A stretch of 64,000 bases of DNA, from positions 32,001 through 96,000 of the IMG/VR virus record IMGVR_UViG_3300000439_000009. One strand, 5' to 3'. Each line of letters begins with the position of its first letter. The first letter of the stretch is position 1. Made by a program: the position numbers and the translations under genes. This DNA comes from a virus (lineage: Duplodnaviria; Caudoviricetes). Under the pieces are notes generated by a model, which was given only the letters and a program-made list of their open reading frames with translations, had not been told where the DNA came from and searched no databases. Of this stretch, positions 34,543 through 46,600 are shown piece by piece.

Positions 34543-37500
34543 TTATTGTGAACAAGTTCCTGGTACTGTACTTGTAGTTGAAGATGGGGAACATGGACCA
34601 CAACCATTAAGATCAGAATAATAAGTAACTGTTTGACATTTTGCATTTACGCCGCTTCCAATTGTAGTTTGAGATACGGTACTTACTTGACAATTTGGTA
34701 CACATGATGGAGCAAAGTATGGCGGGAAGAACGGTGGGAAGAATGGGAAGAATGGTGGGAAGAATGGTGGGAAGAATGGTGGGAAGAATGGTGGGAAGAA
34801 TGGTGATGGCGCAACTGTGCAAGCACCATTTGCTGCTGCAGCAAGTGCATCATTTGAAGTTAATCTATAAACAGTTTTTGTTACAGTTCTTAATCCAGTA
34901 ACAGTTGTATCCGTTGGAAGAGAGGATCCAGTAGTTGGACCAGACACTGAAGGTGCCTGATTATAAGTACCGAGCTGAATATCACAAATAGAGCTTCCAG
35001 TGTAGTATGTTACTACTGGAGCAAAGTATGGTGGGAAGAATGGTGGGAAGAATGGTGGGAAGAATGGTGGGAAGAACGGTGGGAAGAACGGTGGGAAAAA
35101 TGGTGGCGCAACGGTGCAATTTGCATTTGCTGCTGCAGATAACGCATCTGCAGATGTCGCTCTATAAACAGTTTTGGTTATTCTTCCTGAATTATTAGCT
35201 GTAGTATCAGAAGGCATTGAATTAGCAGTATATGGTCCAGTTACATAGGGAGTAGTAATATAATAATTATTATTCAAATCACATAACGAAGTTCCAATAT
35301 AATAGGTAACTGCGGTAATATATGAACTAAATACAGCACCGCTATTAGCAGTTCCGCCTGGACCAGTTGCTACGGAATAACCATATAATTGATAGCCGAT
35401 ATCAGCAGATGTAATTGTATATAAAGTTGTTGTAGCATTTGTACTGCTTGCAAGAAGTGTATTATTTGCGTCTGCTCTTCTAATGTATGTTGTATAATTT
35501 GTTGTATTTGTAAATGTTCCTACATCATATATAGCACTTTGACCTGGAACTGTACCGCCATAAAACGAGCCACGTGTTGCAGTAGGTGCGGGAGCAACTG
35601 TACAAAGAGAATTAGCTGCTGCTGATAAAGCAGCGTCTGAAGTTAATCTGTATACAGTTTTTGTTATTGATTGAGATCCTGTAAATTGCGTATCTGTTGG
35701 GAGCGAAGATCCTGTAAAAGGTCCAGTTACATAGGGAGCATAAATATAATAATTGTTTTGAGTACTACAATTTGAAGTTCCAACATAATAAGTAACTGTT
35801 CCATTACCTGTTACGGATGCAGAACCATTAGTATAACCTACCCTAGAAGTACTAACTGTTACTGTTGCACTCTGACCATTACTTAATCCAGAAACGGTAA
35901 ATGTATTATTTCCAGTAACACTTGATGGACTCAATGTTCCTGCACTTGTATTAATTGACCAGGAATAATTTGCATCATAATTGCTAAGAGAAAATGTAAA
36001 ACCATCTGAAGTTTGTGTAGGAGATGAAAGTGAAGGGGTTAAGCCAGGTATTGAACAGATAGAATTCGTAGCAGCGGATAAAGCTTCTTGTGCACTAAAT
36101 CTATATACAGTTTTTACATAATTTCCATTAAAAACTTGAACATTTGTATCTGCAGGAACTTTATCGTAAAGTGGTCCAGTTACTGAAGGTAATTTTGCAT
36201 ACGATCCATTAAGTGGATTACATTCTGAAGTTCCAGTATAATATGGATGATTTACTAATTCTCCACCGCCATAAGTTTGAACAATTTGATATTCTGGCTT
36301 TACAGATTGACTAGAATTACTATTGCTGGCATATGTTGTAAAATATATATTTTGAGCATATATAGAATTTATTGTTATTGTATTTCCTTCGTAAACCAGT
36401 ATATCTTGTGGCATAGACTTATATAATACATTATTAAATGTGCCAGTTCCTGAAGCTAAACCACTAATAGTATAGCTAACAACCCAACTATCTGTATGAT
36501 CAGATGCATCTACACTTAATGTAACTTTATTTGGATCTTTACTATGAGTTGATAGGTAGAGATTTTCAGTTCCAGATGAAGTAAATGTGATAGGACTTGA
36601 AACAACTTCAGAATTATTTTGTTGAGAGGCCCAGGTGTAGGGCGAAGTAGTACCATAAACAACTCCATCGTAATGGGCAAACCAAAAACCTACATTAGTA
36701 GAAGATGATTGCTTACTCCATTTAATTTGAAATGTATTATTACCCAAATCAACTAAAGATACATAGGGATTTTGATCTGGTATTTGCGTGGTATCGGTTA
36801 TATAATAATTAAATGGATCTGGTGCAAAAACAGCTGTACCAGTTACATTTGCTGAATTTGAACTATACCCATTTGCACTAACAGTTATTTTAAAAGTGGC
36901 ACTACTTCCTGGTGACATATTGCTAACATAAAAAGCCCAAGAATGAGAAGATGAAATTGGTACAGTTTGCCAATTAAAAATTGGAGGGGTGGGTAATGTA
37001 GAGGTATGGCTTATTAATTCTGCTGTATATGTATATCCAGAATTATAATTATTCACTGTTCCTTGAAAACCATCACCATGATCATGATTTCCGTCGCTAT
37101 ATCCACTTTGAACATTAGCAAATGTAGGCGCAGGTAATGGTGCGTTCACTACTTGATATAAATTAGAAAAGAAATCGTAATACTTTAAATCATTTCCTTG
37201 AACAAGATCTCTTACTATAAAATAATCTTGTGCGCCAGCTTCGTCAGCAGAAACGGTATGCGTTGATGATGAATCATAACCCTCGTACCCTCCAGATTGC
37301 CCTCCAAGATAAGAATATGGATAAATATCTTGTGCGCCTGATGAAGTTTTTGCCCATTGAAAAACAGTTACAACAGAGCCTTTGTTATCTTTATACGTTC
37401 CTGGTGTAGAATAAAGAATGTCACCAGCTGTTATTCCGCTTGTTTTTATAACACCTGTTGGGGATTTTGCAACTAATGTCGGGGGCGTTAATTGGGTAAC

Positions 37501-38514
37501 TCCTGTAGAAATTTTTTGTGAAGATACTGCTACTGCTGAGGTGCCAACTCCAGCATTAAAAAATTTTGATCCTCCATTAGAAGCTGTTTCTACACAATAT
37601 ATATATTTACCTACTTCTGCACTTGTTATTGGCTGAGATACCGTGGTGCTTGATAAAGGGTTTCCATTTTGAGTTAATTGACTTAAAGTTGTATAAGAAT
37701 TTACAGCAGCACTAAACCACTGATATGTATATGTTTTTGGCATGTAGCCATCTGTCATCTGCCATAAAGATGAATAAGATAAAATGGATCCACTTCCATA
37801 CCCATTAGATGAACTGATCTGTTTAGATATATTTACTGGCGGGTTAGTAACAACATAAATTCTTGCAGAACCTTCATCACTTGAATCTTCTCCGTATATA
37901 TAATGAATTCCATCTGTATCTTTTGTTGTGGTATTTGCTTGAACTGTAAATGAAACATATAAATCATCATATGTAAAATCTAATAATATTTGAGGAACTT
38001 GTGTAGAAGTTTTATCATTAGATAAAATTGGATCAGTTGAATTTGTATTTGATATAGTTAATGGAGAACTTGTATATGTTGAACTATTTAATGTTACCCC
38101 GCCCAGACTGGTGGTTGGGTCAGTAAATCCGTTTACATACCAATCAAAATTACTTATTGTATATCCGTTAGGGTCCCAGTCCCCCACATATCCAAGTAAT
38201 TTATTTTGAACATAAACGTTTCCAGTTCCTGCGGGAGCACTTGGATTTGGCATAGTTCCTATAACTATCCAAGCTGGTATGTGTTTTTGTGCATCTAAAA
38301 AATACGGGTAATTATCTGCATATGGGACGGTAGTCGGAAAAAATCTTCTCCATCCGCCTACTCCAGCAATAGTTTTTACATAAATAACCTTTACATCTTT
38401 CCAAACAGCGGTTGCAGTTTTTACGGAAACAGTTTTTATTTTATTCCATACGCTAGATGGGGATGCATTTGGATCACTTGGGTCGCTTCCGCTAGTCTTT
38501 ACGTATAATGGCAT
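34543..38514 (-). CDS. Tail fiber/adhesin-like virion protein with Ig-like modules, 2-Cys repeats and PPFF tracts
   Basis: YTYQW, GKYIYCVETA Ig-like motifs; 4 repeats YYxGTSxC...KTVYR...C; (PPFF)n. Confidence 0.7.
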   Translation of the reverse strand: MPLYVKTSGSDPSDPNASPSSVWNKIKTVSVKTATAVWKDVKVIYVKTIAGVGGWRRFFPTTVPYADNYPYFLDAQKHIPAWIVIGTMPNPSAPAGTGNVYVQNKLLGYVGDWDPNGYTISNFDWYVNGFTDPTTSLGGVTLNSSTYTSSPLTISNTNSTDPILSNDKTSTQVPQILLDFTYDDLYVSFTVQANTTTKDTDGIHYIYGEDSSDEGSARIYVVTNPPVNISKQISSSNGYGSGSILSYSSLWQMTDGYMPKTYTYQWFSAAVNSYTTLSQLTQNGNPLSSTTVSQPITSAEVGKYIYCVETASNGGSKFFNAGVGTSAVAVSSQKISTGVTQLTPPTLVAKSPTGVIKTSGITAGDILYSTPGTYKDNKGSVVTVFQWAKTSSGAQDIYPYSYLGGQSGGYEGYDSSSTHTVSADEAGAQDYFIVRDLVQGNDLKYYDFFSNLYQVVNAPLPAPTFANVQSGYSDGNHDHGDGFQGTVNNYNSGYTYTAELISHTSTLPTPPIFNWQTVPISSSHSWAFYVSNMSPGSSATFKITVSANGYSSNSANVTGTAVFAPDPFNYYITDTTQIPDQNPYVSLVDLGNNTFQIKWSKQSSSTNVGFWFAHYDGVVYGTTSPYTWASQQNNSEVVSSPITFTSSGTENLYLSTHSKDPNKVTLSVDASDHTDSWVVSYTISGLASGTGTFNNVLYKSMPQDILVYEGNTITINSIYAQNIYFTTYASNSNSSQSVKPEYQIVQTYGGGELVNHPYYTGTSECNPLNGSYAKLPSVTGPLYDKVPADTNVQVFNGNYVKTVYRFSAQEALSAATNSICSIPGLTPSLSSPTQTSDGFTFSLSNYDANYSWSINTSAGTLSPSSVTGNNTFTVSGLSNGQSATVTVSTSRVGYTNGSASVTGNGTVTYYVGTSNCSTQNNYYIYAPYVTGPFTGSSLPTDTQFTGSQSITKTVYRLTSDAALSAAANSLCTVAPAPTATRGSFYGGTVPGQSAIYDVGTFTNTTNYTTYIRRADANNTLLASSTNATTTLYTITSADIGYQLYGYSVATGPGGTANSGAVFSSYITAVTYYIGTSLCDLNNNYYITTPYVTGPYTANSMPSDTTANNSGRITKTVYRATSADALSAAANANCTVAPPFFPPFFPPFFPPFFPPFFPPFFPPYFAPVVTYYTGSSICDIQLGTYNQAPSVSGPTTGSSLPTDTTVTGLRTVTKTVYRLTSNDALAAAANGACTVAPSPFFPPFFPPFFPPFFPPFFPFFPPFFPPYFAPSCVPNCQVSTVSQTTIGSGVNAKCQTVTYYSDLNGCGPCSPSSTTSTVPGTCSQ
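34713..34805. repeat. 12-bp tandem repeat (TGGTGGGAAGAA)n encoding PPFF
   Basis: Directly visible; one 9-bp unit. Confidence 0.95.
35021..35107. repeat. 12-bp tandem repeat encoding PPFF
   Basis: Directly visible. Confidence 0.95.
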
Positions 38515-38529
38515 TTTTTAAATTCTTTC

Positions 38530-41500
38530 TTACGAAGTCTGAACCCATAGATCTCCAACAAAACCAGTATTGGAGGTAGGTGAGGGCTTAACGGCAGACA
38601 CGTATGTATTTCTTATATAAGAACCAGTACCAGTTCCCACTGGAGTTCCGTTTCTTATTCTCGCTAATCCATTTATATAAATATAAGATGAGCTTGCTGT
38701 TGCTGTACCGTCTGTTATTCCAGAACCACTACCAAGTATAACTGATCCTGAATTTAAAAACGAAACAGATGCATTTGAAATAAAGTTTGAACCAGAATAA
38801 GTTTTACTCCAAGCCCCACCGCCAAAATCTGTTCCAGTCTCAGTAAATGTAGTAGAATTTCCAGTAGGGTCAACCGAAATAACTGGAGCATTTGGATTGC
38901 TTGTTGAACTTACTGGTGAAAGAACTTGAAAAGCTCCTATGTGATCATCACTATTTAATCCTGGCGTAACTGTTATATAATGATCTGAAACTAACTGACC
39001 AGCTCTTAAAGATGTTGTTGATTTACTTGTTGTAGCGGTTGTTGTAGGGTCGTAAGCAGACCCTATAGCTCCGCCAGTAATCGTAGAAGTAAAAGAAGTG
39101 GCATATCCTGGTCTATCTGAAAGTCCATAAGATGTTACAGCATCTGTTTCTGCATCTAATTTAATATAACTAGCATCCGTGGCTTCATTAGATATAATCC
39201 ATTTATCTCTAATTGTCCAATATTTTGGATTTGTTGCTGTTATATTACCAATTAAACCAGTTACTGCTGATATATTTCCATAAACTCTTAAGCCATCTGT
39301 TGAATCATATATCATATATCCTTTAATGTCAGAAGGCAATGAAAGCAACTTTTCAGTTCCCGCCGATGCACCAATTCTAAAATTACCTTCATGACCCGTA
39401 TCATTCCAATAATTATTTCCATCTATAGTAAATGAAGATGCTCTTACATCTCCATAAATTTGAGCATTTGTTGCTTTCAGGAATCCTGCATGATCTACAG
39501 AAAAGTTTGCCCCATATGAAATATTACCATTTATTGCGCTACCAGTTCCAGATCCTTTAATTGTAAAACTTGTTGAGCTTGGTACGGAATCAACTGGTTT
39601 GTAATAAACGTTAAATGGTGATGCAACTTCAGAATTACCAGATCCAGTATAAACTAAACCAGTTATAACAACAGATTGTTTTACTTGCAGACCATGAGCT
39701 ACAGATGTTGTATATGTCATTGTTGTACCGTCACCGCTAGCACTTACATTTGTTATTGTTCCTGCTCCGCCAGTACTACTTGGTAACTGTAAACTTCCTA
39801 CTGTTAAAGCGTATCCATTAGATATACTGGTACCACCATATAATCTTGTACCATAATTTAATTGAGCTTTATCATAATTTAATGGATAAGCTGTTATATA
39901 AGCAGCATTATTAAGTGGATCATTTGCATTTAATTCTAGCAATCCGTTTTTAGAAGTAATTAAACCTGAAGTTACATGCCAAGCAGTACTTAAATCAAGC
40001 CCACCTAGATAAGCATTTTTTGTTGCAAAAGTTGCTCCAGCGTTAGTAGCGGAAATTTGAGTTGTTATTTCTGATCCGCTATAGGCTACAATACCCGAGT
40101 TGGCACCACCCACTCTTACATAAGAACCACCTGAACCATTTGTTTGTAAATATCCAGTACTTGATATTGTAATATCGCTATCAAAGAAAGAAGACTTGCT
40201 TACTCTTAATGAACCAGTTATATTTGCATTAGAAGCGTTTACAGTTCCGTCAGACATTATAGTTAAATAAGAGCCAGCAGTTATTAAAGCTGTTGTTAAT
40301 AGTAACGAACCCGTAGACAGATTGCCAGTTCCAGAACCAGATATAGTAAATGTTGTTGGACTTGTTACTGTTATTTGTTGTGAGCTTACGCTATATCTTG
40401 CATCCCCACCTTGAAGTGTGTTAGATATAGTTACGTATTGACCGCTTACTAAATTATGAGGTGATGATGTTGTATAAGTCATGGTTGTTCCATCACCGCT
40501 AGCACCTGCTAACGCAGTTGAATTGCGACCATATATAGAAAGATTTCTAGCTGAAACATTACCCGTTGGGGTTACTGTAAAGTTTGCAGATGCGTCTCCA
40601 CCACTTGTTGTTGATCCAGCCCAGAATGAATAAGGGCCAGTGGCAGCTAATCCAACATAATTAGATGAGGTACCTAAAGAATTTTGTATCCTATCAGTAC
40701 CAACAACCCAATTTGCAATTTTTGCATTAACTGTTTCAAATGTATATGAATGTCCATTATTATCATTTGATATGATAGATGTTGTTGGGGCGGTGAGAGA
40801 TGTAGAACCCCCGTCAAAAGCAAATATACCAGAATAGGTTCCATCTTGAGAACTTCCAAGAACTATTCTTGCTCCATTAGTTGCAGATGCTGTTCCGCTA
40901 TTTCCAACCCAAATAGCACCACTTGGTGCTCCGATACGCACGGAATTATTTATAACAGATGTGGAAGGATTGGTTGGAGTTACTAGATAAACTAATGAAT
41001 TTAAAGAACTAGATCCATAGATATCATAATATCTTAAAATCAAATATGTAGGCGTGGCATAATAATTATTAAATATATTAGCTGGTCCTTGACCAGAATA
41101 CACCAAAGACTGCATATGATAATTACCAGCAGCCTGTTCTGTTAAGTTATTATTTAAAGTAAGAGTGTATGGTCCACTACCAGATATAGAAGTTACCCAT
41201 GTATTTGTCGGTATGCCAGTTCCAGTTATGCCATAACCAATATAAGTATTTATTGATTTTCCATCAGGTAAAACAAAATTGCCGTTTTCCATTGAAATAG
41301 ACTGAACTACTAATGTTTTTTGTCCAGATGTCCCGCCAGAATAATATGTTCCATCCATGTAGTCTGGTAGGTCAACTGTATCAAAAGATCCAGTTGGATC
41401 AATGAATAACTGATAAACTGAACCATGATCTGCCCCGCTATTTCCAAGAGAAAATTGAACTGTGTACCCATCAACAACATTTGAAATTGTTGCTTTTGGC

Positions 41501-43071
41501 ACTAACGTCGTCATAGCATTATTTCGTGAAAATGTATCTATATTTGCTATAGATGTACTTTCAGTTCCGTACTGAGAAACTCCATATATCTTTCCAGAAT
41601 ATGAAGAAAAATAATTTCCAAGTTGTGAAAATATTAAGTTTTTAGGTATTGTAAATGATGCATCAAAAAATAATAATGAACCAGATACATCACCAGAATT
41701 ATTTAAAGATAATGTAATTGTTGTTCCGTTTATTGCTGTAATTACTGCTCCATCAGCTATACCAGTTCCAGAAACTAAACGACCTATTACAAGATTTGCT
41801 GCACTATTAACTATTATAGTATTTGATCCAGCACTACCAGTTCCATTAGTAGTAACTGAATGAACTACTGTATGATAAAAAAACCCTTGTTGTGTTGGTT
41901 GGTCTGTTGGAGATAACATAACCTTTAGTGAAACTAATTTGTTTGGATCGGAATCGGATATTGCTGGCAGGTTATAATGAATAATAACATCATCCCCACT
42001 AAATTCTCCAGAAGATTTACTTACTCCGTTTGGAGGTAATGTATTAGTTGGTATTAATGGTGTTGGGGTTGCTTGTACGTAATTTGAATAAGGTGATTTG
42101 CCGCCGTTAACATCCATAAAGAAAGCTCTAATATATCTATGATTTCCATCTGCTGCAAATACATTAAATGGACTAACGGTAGTCGGGGATCCCATTGATA
42201 CCCATCCAGTTGCGGAACTTTTTACAGCAGCATCCACTTGATCCGAAGTTAAATCTATTTGCTCAAAAACAAATTCTTCAAATGCTTCTTCTAAAAATAA
42301 TCCTGGAAAATCAGTTTTTACTTTATCTATGTTTGATGTAACTATTGAATATGAAGATACGTCACTTTTTGATTGTAGTGCTGGAGCGGGTAGTGGAGAA
42401 ACATATGTATTAGTAAATGGGGCAAAAACATATCCATTAGTACAATGTGCTTCATCTTGTACAGAAATTGCAACGTTAGTAAATCCAGTAGTATTGTATA
42501 ATCCAGTCGTTGAAAGACCGCCTATGGATTGATTTTTAATAGTTATTGTTTGATGAACAGATTTTGGATCAATTTGAGTAGAGTCGTAAGGGTTTATTGG
42601 AGTTACTGAATTATAGGTAGTTCCATTATCTGCACTCAAACTAACGGCAAGATAAGAAAAAAATTGATTCTGCAAATTAGATAAATCAAGATCAAAATTT
42701 ACAACTACACTTCCAGTATAATTATCATTGGCATCTTTTTCGTATTGTGCTGTTAAATTTGAAACTGTTGTAGGGGAAGTATCTGGAGTACAATTACCTG
42801 TTGGTGTTGTTGATGCGCCTGTTCCAGTTGGAAAAGATGGTGGTGGAGGATTTACAACTCCATCCATAGATCCGCCTTGAAGATACAAAAATATTCCTGC
42901 AGCACTTTTATTTGCCCCAACAGGAGAAATATACCCATTTTGTCTAGATTGTTTAAATGGAGCTGTAAGAGAATTTATAGTTGGGTCTAAATTTACATCA
43001 ACAGGAATCGGTTGCCTTCTTGCAGAAGAGGCATCCGATATGTAAGTAGGACTTAAGCTAACAATTTTCAT
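38530..43071 (-). CDS. Minor tail/fiber protein
   Basis: G/S/T-rich beta composition, duplicated SGDGTTMTYTTS modules, C-terminal GDLWVQ. Confidence 0.7.
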   Translation of the reverse strand: MKIVSLSPTYISDASSARRQPIPVDVNLDPTINSLTAPFKQSRQNGYISPVGANKSAAGIFLYLQGGSMDGVVNPPPPSFPTGTGASTTPTGNCTPDTSPTTVSNLTAQYEKDANDNYTGSVVVNFDLDLSNLQNQFFSYLAVSLSADNGTTYNSVTPINPYDSTQIDPKSVHQTITIKNQSIGGLSTTGLYNTTGFTNVAISVQDEAHCTNGYVFAPFTNTYVSPLPAPALQSKSDVSSYSIVTSNIDKVKTDFPGLFLEEAFEEFVFEQIDLTSDQVDAAVKSSATGWVSMGSPTTVSPFNVFAADGNHRYIRAFFMDVNGGKSPYSNYVQATPTPLIPTNTLPPNGVSKSSGEFSGDDVIIHYNLPAISDSDPNKLVSLKVMLSPTDQPTQQGFFYHTVVHSVTTNGTGSAGSNTIIVNSAANLVIGRLVSGTGIADGAVITAINGTTITLSLNNSGDVSGSLLFFDASFTIPKNLIFSQLGNYFSSYSGKIYGVSQYGTESTSIANIDTFSRNNAMTTLVPKATISNVVDGYTVQFSLGNSGADHGSVYQLFIDPTGSFDTVDLPDYMDGTYYSGGTSGQKTLVVQSISMENGNFVLPDGKSINTYIGYGITGTGIPTNTWVTSISGSGPYTLTLNNNLTEQAAGNYHMQSLVYSGQGPANIFNNYYATPTYLILRYYDIYGSSSLNSLVYLVTPTNPSTSVINNSVRIGAPSGAIWVGNSGTASATNGARIVLGSSQDGTYSGIFAFDGGSTSLTAPTTSIISNDNNGHSYTFETVNAKIANWVVGTDRIQNSLGTSSNYVGLAATGPYSFWAGSTTSGGDASANFTVTPTGNVSARNLSIYGRNSTALAGASGDGTTMTYTTSSPHNLVSGQYVTISNTLQGGDARYSVSSQQITVTSPTTFTISGSGTGNLSTGSLLLTTALITAGSYLTIMSDGTVNASNANITGSLRVSKSSFFDSDITISSTGYLQTNGSGGSYVRVGGANSGIVAYSGSEITTQISATNAGATFATKNAYLGGLDLSTAWHVTSGLITSKNGLLELNANDPLNNAAYITAYPLNYDKAQLNYGTRLYGGTSISNGYALTVGSLQLPSSTGGAGTITNVSASGDGTTMTYTTSVAHGLQVKQSVVITGLVYTGSGNSEVASPFNVYYKPVDSVPSSTSFTIKGSGTGSAINGNISYGANFSVDHAGFLKATNAQIYGDVRASSFTIDGNNYWNDTGHEGNFRIGASAGTEKLLSLPSDIKGYMIYDSTDGLRVYGNISAVTGLIGNITATNPKYWTIRDKWIISNEATDASYIKLDAETDAVTSYGLSDRPGYATSFTSTITGGAIGSAYDPTTTATTSKSTTSLRAGQLVSDHYITVTPGLNSDDHIGAFQVLSPVSSTSNPNAPVISVDPTGNSTTFTETGTDFGGGAWSKTYSGSNFISNASVSFLNSGSVILGSGSGITDGTATASSSYIYINGLARIRNGTPVGTGTGSYIRNTYVSAVKPSPTSNTGFVGDLWVQTS

Positions 43072-43088
43072 CCCGACTCCCTATCTTT

Positions 43089-43622
43089 TTATTTATGTCC
43101 GATTGCAATCCAATTTATTTTTACAGATGTACTGTTACCTAAAAATACGCCATTGGCTCCATAAATAGCAGCACCTGCTTTTTGTGAGGTTGCATTGGAT
43201 CCAGCGTGTCTTAATGCAAGTTGAAATGTCGACTGGTTGACTGCCCTAACGTCAACAACTAGATCTTGGACTAAAATAGTAGGTGTGCCGACGGTAGAAA
43301 TGCTTGCCACTATAACTGGAGCGGTAGTAAAAGATGAGTTAAAGGTTACATTTTTAAGATACTCAAAGTTGTTTGCGGAAGTGGGAACACTATCCGCAGT
43401 TGATGCACTTATAGTGGTGTAACCATAATATATCTGCTGGGAAGATATGTCGTATAAGCCCTGAGTTGTTCCACCAGACGTTGTTGGTACATTGCTATAT
43501 ACGCTTCCAAAATTGTTTGTAATAGCAGATATATTATCGCTATGTTGATTTACCACATTTACAATTTGATGTATTGTAGGTAGGTCAATTATTTTTGGAT
43601 CTGATATTTTTACGTATGCCAT
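43089..43622 (-). CDS. Minor tail protein (H-type lectin/gp53-like C-terminus)
   Basis: VTFNSSFTTAPVIVAS...INWIAIG. Confidence 0.7.
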   Translation of the reverse strand: MAYVKISDPKIIDLPTIHQIVNVVNQHSDNISAITNNFGSVYSNVPTTSGGTTQGLYDISSQQIYYGYTTISASTADSVPTSANNFEYLKNVTFNSSFTTAPVIVASISTVGTPTILVQDLVVDVRAVNQSTFQLALRHAGSNATSQKAGAAIYGANGVFLGNSTSVKINWIAIGHK

Positions 43623-43661
43623 TTTTCTCCTTGTTTATATAAATTATACCATTTTATTGGT

Positions 43662-46600
43662 TTATTTATTAATTCCTCTATTTAACATATTTAAAGTTAA
43701 TTTAGTAGTAAGACCGTTATTGTATGTGTTTGAAACGGAATGTACTATGTACTTTTGAGCATTTATTCCCATAAGAGGATAGTTTAGGCCAATTACATCT
43801 CCCACCTCAATTAGAGGATTGCCAAATACATTAAGAGTTACATCTTTAGAAAAGTTATCTAAACCAGAACTGACTATTTTTAACAGCTTTCCAGCAGCAT
43901 CCCTAGACTGTATAAAGGAAGAATCTAATTGTACCACTTCTCCTATGTTTCCTGGATCTGTAACAATTTCTATTATTTCTGGATCTGACGGAACAATAAT
44001 TTCATGAGTCCATAGATTAAGGTTAACCACAAAAGCATTTAATTCGTCAGAATCTTTCTTTAAATAAATCATATGAGAGCTGTTGTTTACAATTGCAAAC
44101 TTAGCCCTAAATCCTGTGTTGATCGGGGTTGAATAAGCTGCGGAATATTCATCTACAATTTGATGCTGCAGGTAGTTTTGATCTAATAATGTATTTCCTG
44201 GGTAATAGAACCAAGCATACTCAACTGGCAAAATATCTACAGATACTGCTGCTCCATTTGTATATTGAACGTCGTATGTGTTAATTCCAATTATTGCTGG
44301 TTGCGTTTGCATTATATATTCTTTATACAAAGAAAAAGATCTTTGTCCTTGAACTAATGCATTTAAAAATTCACGATCTTGAAAATAATAATTTACGTTT
44401 CTTTCTTTTAATGTTTTTTGAGAAGCATAAATTTCTCTTAAATATCCAACTTGAGTTTTTGATGCAAAATTGGAAGAGCTAGGGTATATAACATTTTTAC
44501 TATCATTTATTACTATAGGATTTCCAGAAAGAAATGCTCCAAATTTTTTAGTAGTAGATACATCATAAAAATAAGGAAAATCAAAAACAACTTTTTTTCT
44601 TAATCCAGTTATAGAATTTATTTCAGTATTTGCCCATTGCCCATTAGAGTATGTTTGCCATTGACCAATCTCATAATTATTTAAAAATACTGAAAATACT
44701 GAACCATCACCTAATATAGTTGATTTTCCTGGGGAGCCTTCGCCATCTGCTGAATGATCAAATGTAGACATTGCTATTCTTAAATGATATGCTTCATGAG
44801 GATCAGTATATAAAGAATAAGGAGCGTTTGCGTCTCCAGTTTTTCTATATAATTTTTCAAAGTTATTTGTTATTGAGGATACTGTGCCAGTAATATTTGT
44901 ATATGCAATTAAAGAAGGAGATGTTCCTATAATCTTGTATAAAACCAAATAATATAAATAGTTTCTTCCACTTAAAGTTTGGTTTCCAATATTTGATCTT
45001 ATTAATTCTAAGAAATATGTACCATCTAAACCAGAATCTGGCATATTGAAGAATAGCCCCCCAGAACATAAATTATTATTAAATCCAGGCATATCATCAG
45101 TAAATTTAAATTTAGCTGAATAAGTTTTATATCCTAAATCTTTTTCAGAACTTGAATAAAAAAGTATTTTATTATTGTTATCTGGTTGACCAAGTATATA
45201 GTAATATGGAAGATCTGCTGGTGGATTAGTAACACCACTATCATCTTTTTGTGTTGATATTATATCATAATTTGAAGACTGTGGGGTTGTTATAGAATAA
45301 TTATTTGACACCAAAGAAGCAGTTAAACCTTTACTATCTAAAGTTGTTTTTATAACATCATGATTAGAAACATTTGTTCCAAACATTCCACGAGTTACAT
45401 TTCTTATATAGCCAGTAGGGGTTACTTTCACATCATAGTCAGATCCTTTTGATACCCGTCCTTTATTAGTCCAGTCAACTGGAGTAGTGTCCATTGATTT
45501 TGTTGATCCAGTAATCACAGTAAAAGAATTTCCAGTAACAGCAATTACTCTACCAGAAACATTTAATTCTTCTGGACTCATATTGCTTACTGAAACTAAA
45601 TCTCCTACATTAAATAAAGTTACTGGATTTGATACATCAATTGTAGGGGTAGATGAAACTGTATAAGTTGTAGCCTTGTAATCTTTTCCACCACTTGTAA
45701 AAGAATATGGGGATGCATTTGATATAATTCCAACATTTGGTATCATGCCAATATGATTTTCTTTAATAAATTTATTTATTTGTGATGCAAGCTCTAAATC
45801 ATTTTTAACAGAAACTGTTGTATATATGGATGGATTTGAATTTTGAGCTATAGTATATTCTTTATAAACAAAAGAAACAATTTCGTCTTCAATTACAGCA
45901 TATCCATTATTATTTAAATTAAATGTGTGAAAAGAATCTAAAAGATCTGCTTGATTTATTTTAAAATAATTATCTTTTGATGTCATTGGGGCATCAAGGT
46001 AGTTAAATCCTACAGAATCTACACTTTGTTGTGACCAAACAACATCATTACTTGTTGTATAAATATAAGATGGACCAATTCTTACATCTGCGTTTGTTAC
46101 GTTTTGCAAAGATAAAGATTGTTTTAATCTTGGTGTTTGATACCTTAATGATATTTTTCCTGGTTTGGATTTGTTGTTAATAGTATATCCATTTTGCAAA
46201 ACTATATTTTGATCTAAATCAAAATCTGTTAGGCTTTTTTGTTTATCTAAAATATTAGACAAACTTAAAAATTTCATAACTCCATAATTATCTATGTAAG
46301 CACCAATTTGATACGGTAAAAATATTTGATTTAATGCATCTATCAAAGTAGAATCTTTTGAATTACAAAAATAATAATCCATATTAATAGGAGAGTTTTG
46401 ATCATAGCAAACATTATATAAAGAATCAATGTCGTAATCTGTAAATCCTGTTAAATCTAATATATTTGTTATAACATCAAAAGCATCTTTATAGTTTGAA
46501 ACATAATCAGAAACTGGTGTTGTTTGCAAGTATCTAGTTATATCATAACATTGTACTGATACTGTATCTATATCATTTTGCTGCCAAGTATCGGAATACC

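Noticed and set aside
34713-35107. Tandem repeats as a CRISPR array or DGR template/variable repeat
   Set aside because: No spacers, in-frame coding repeats, no reverse transcriptase, no adenine-specific differences
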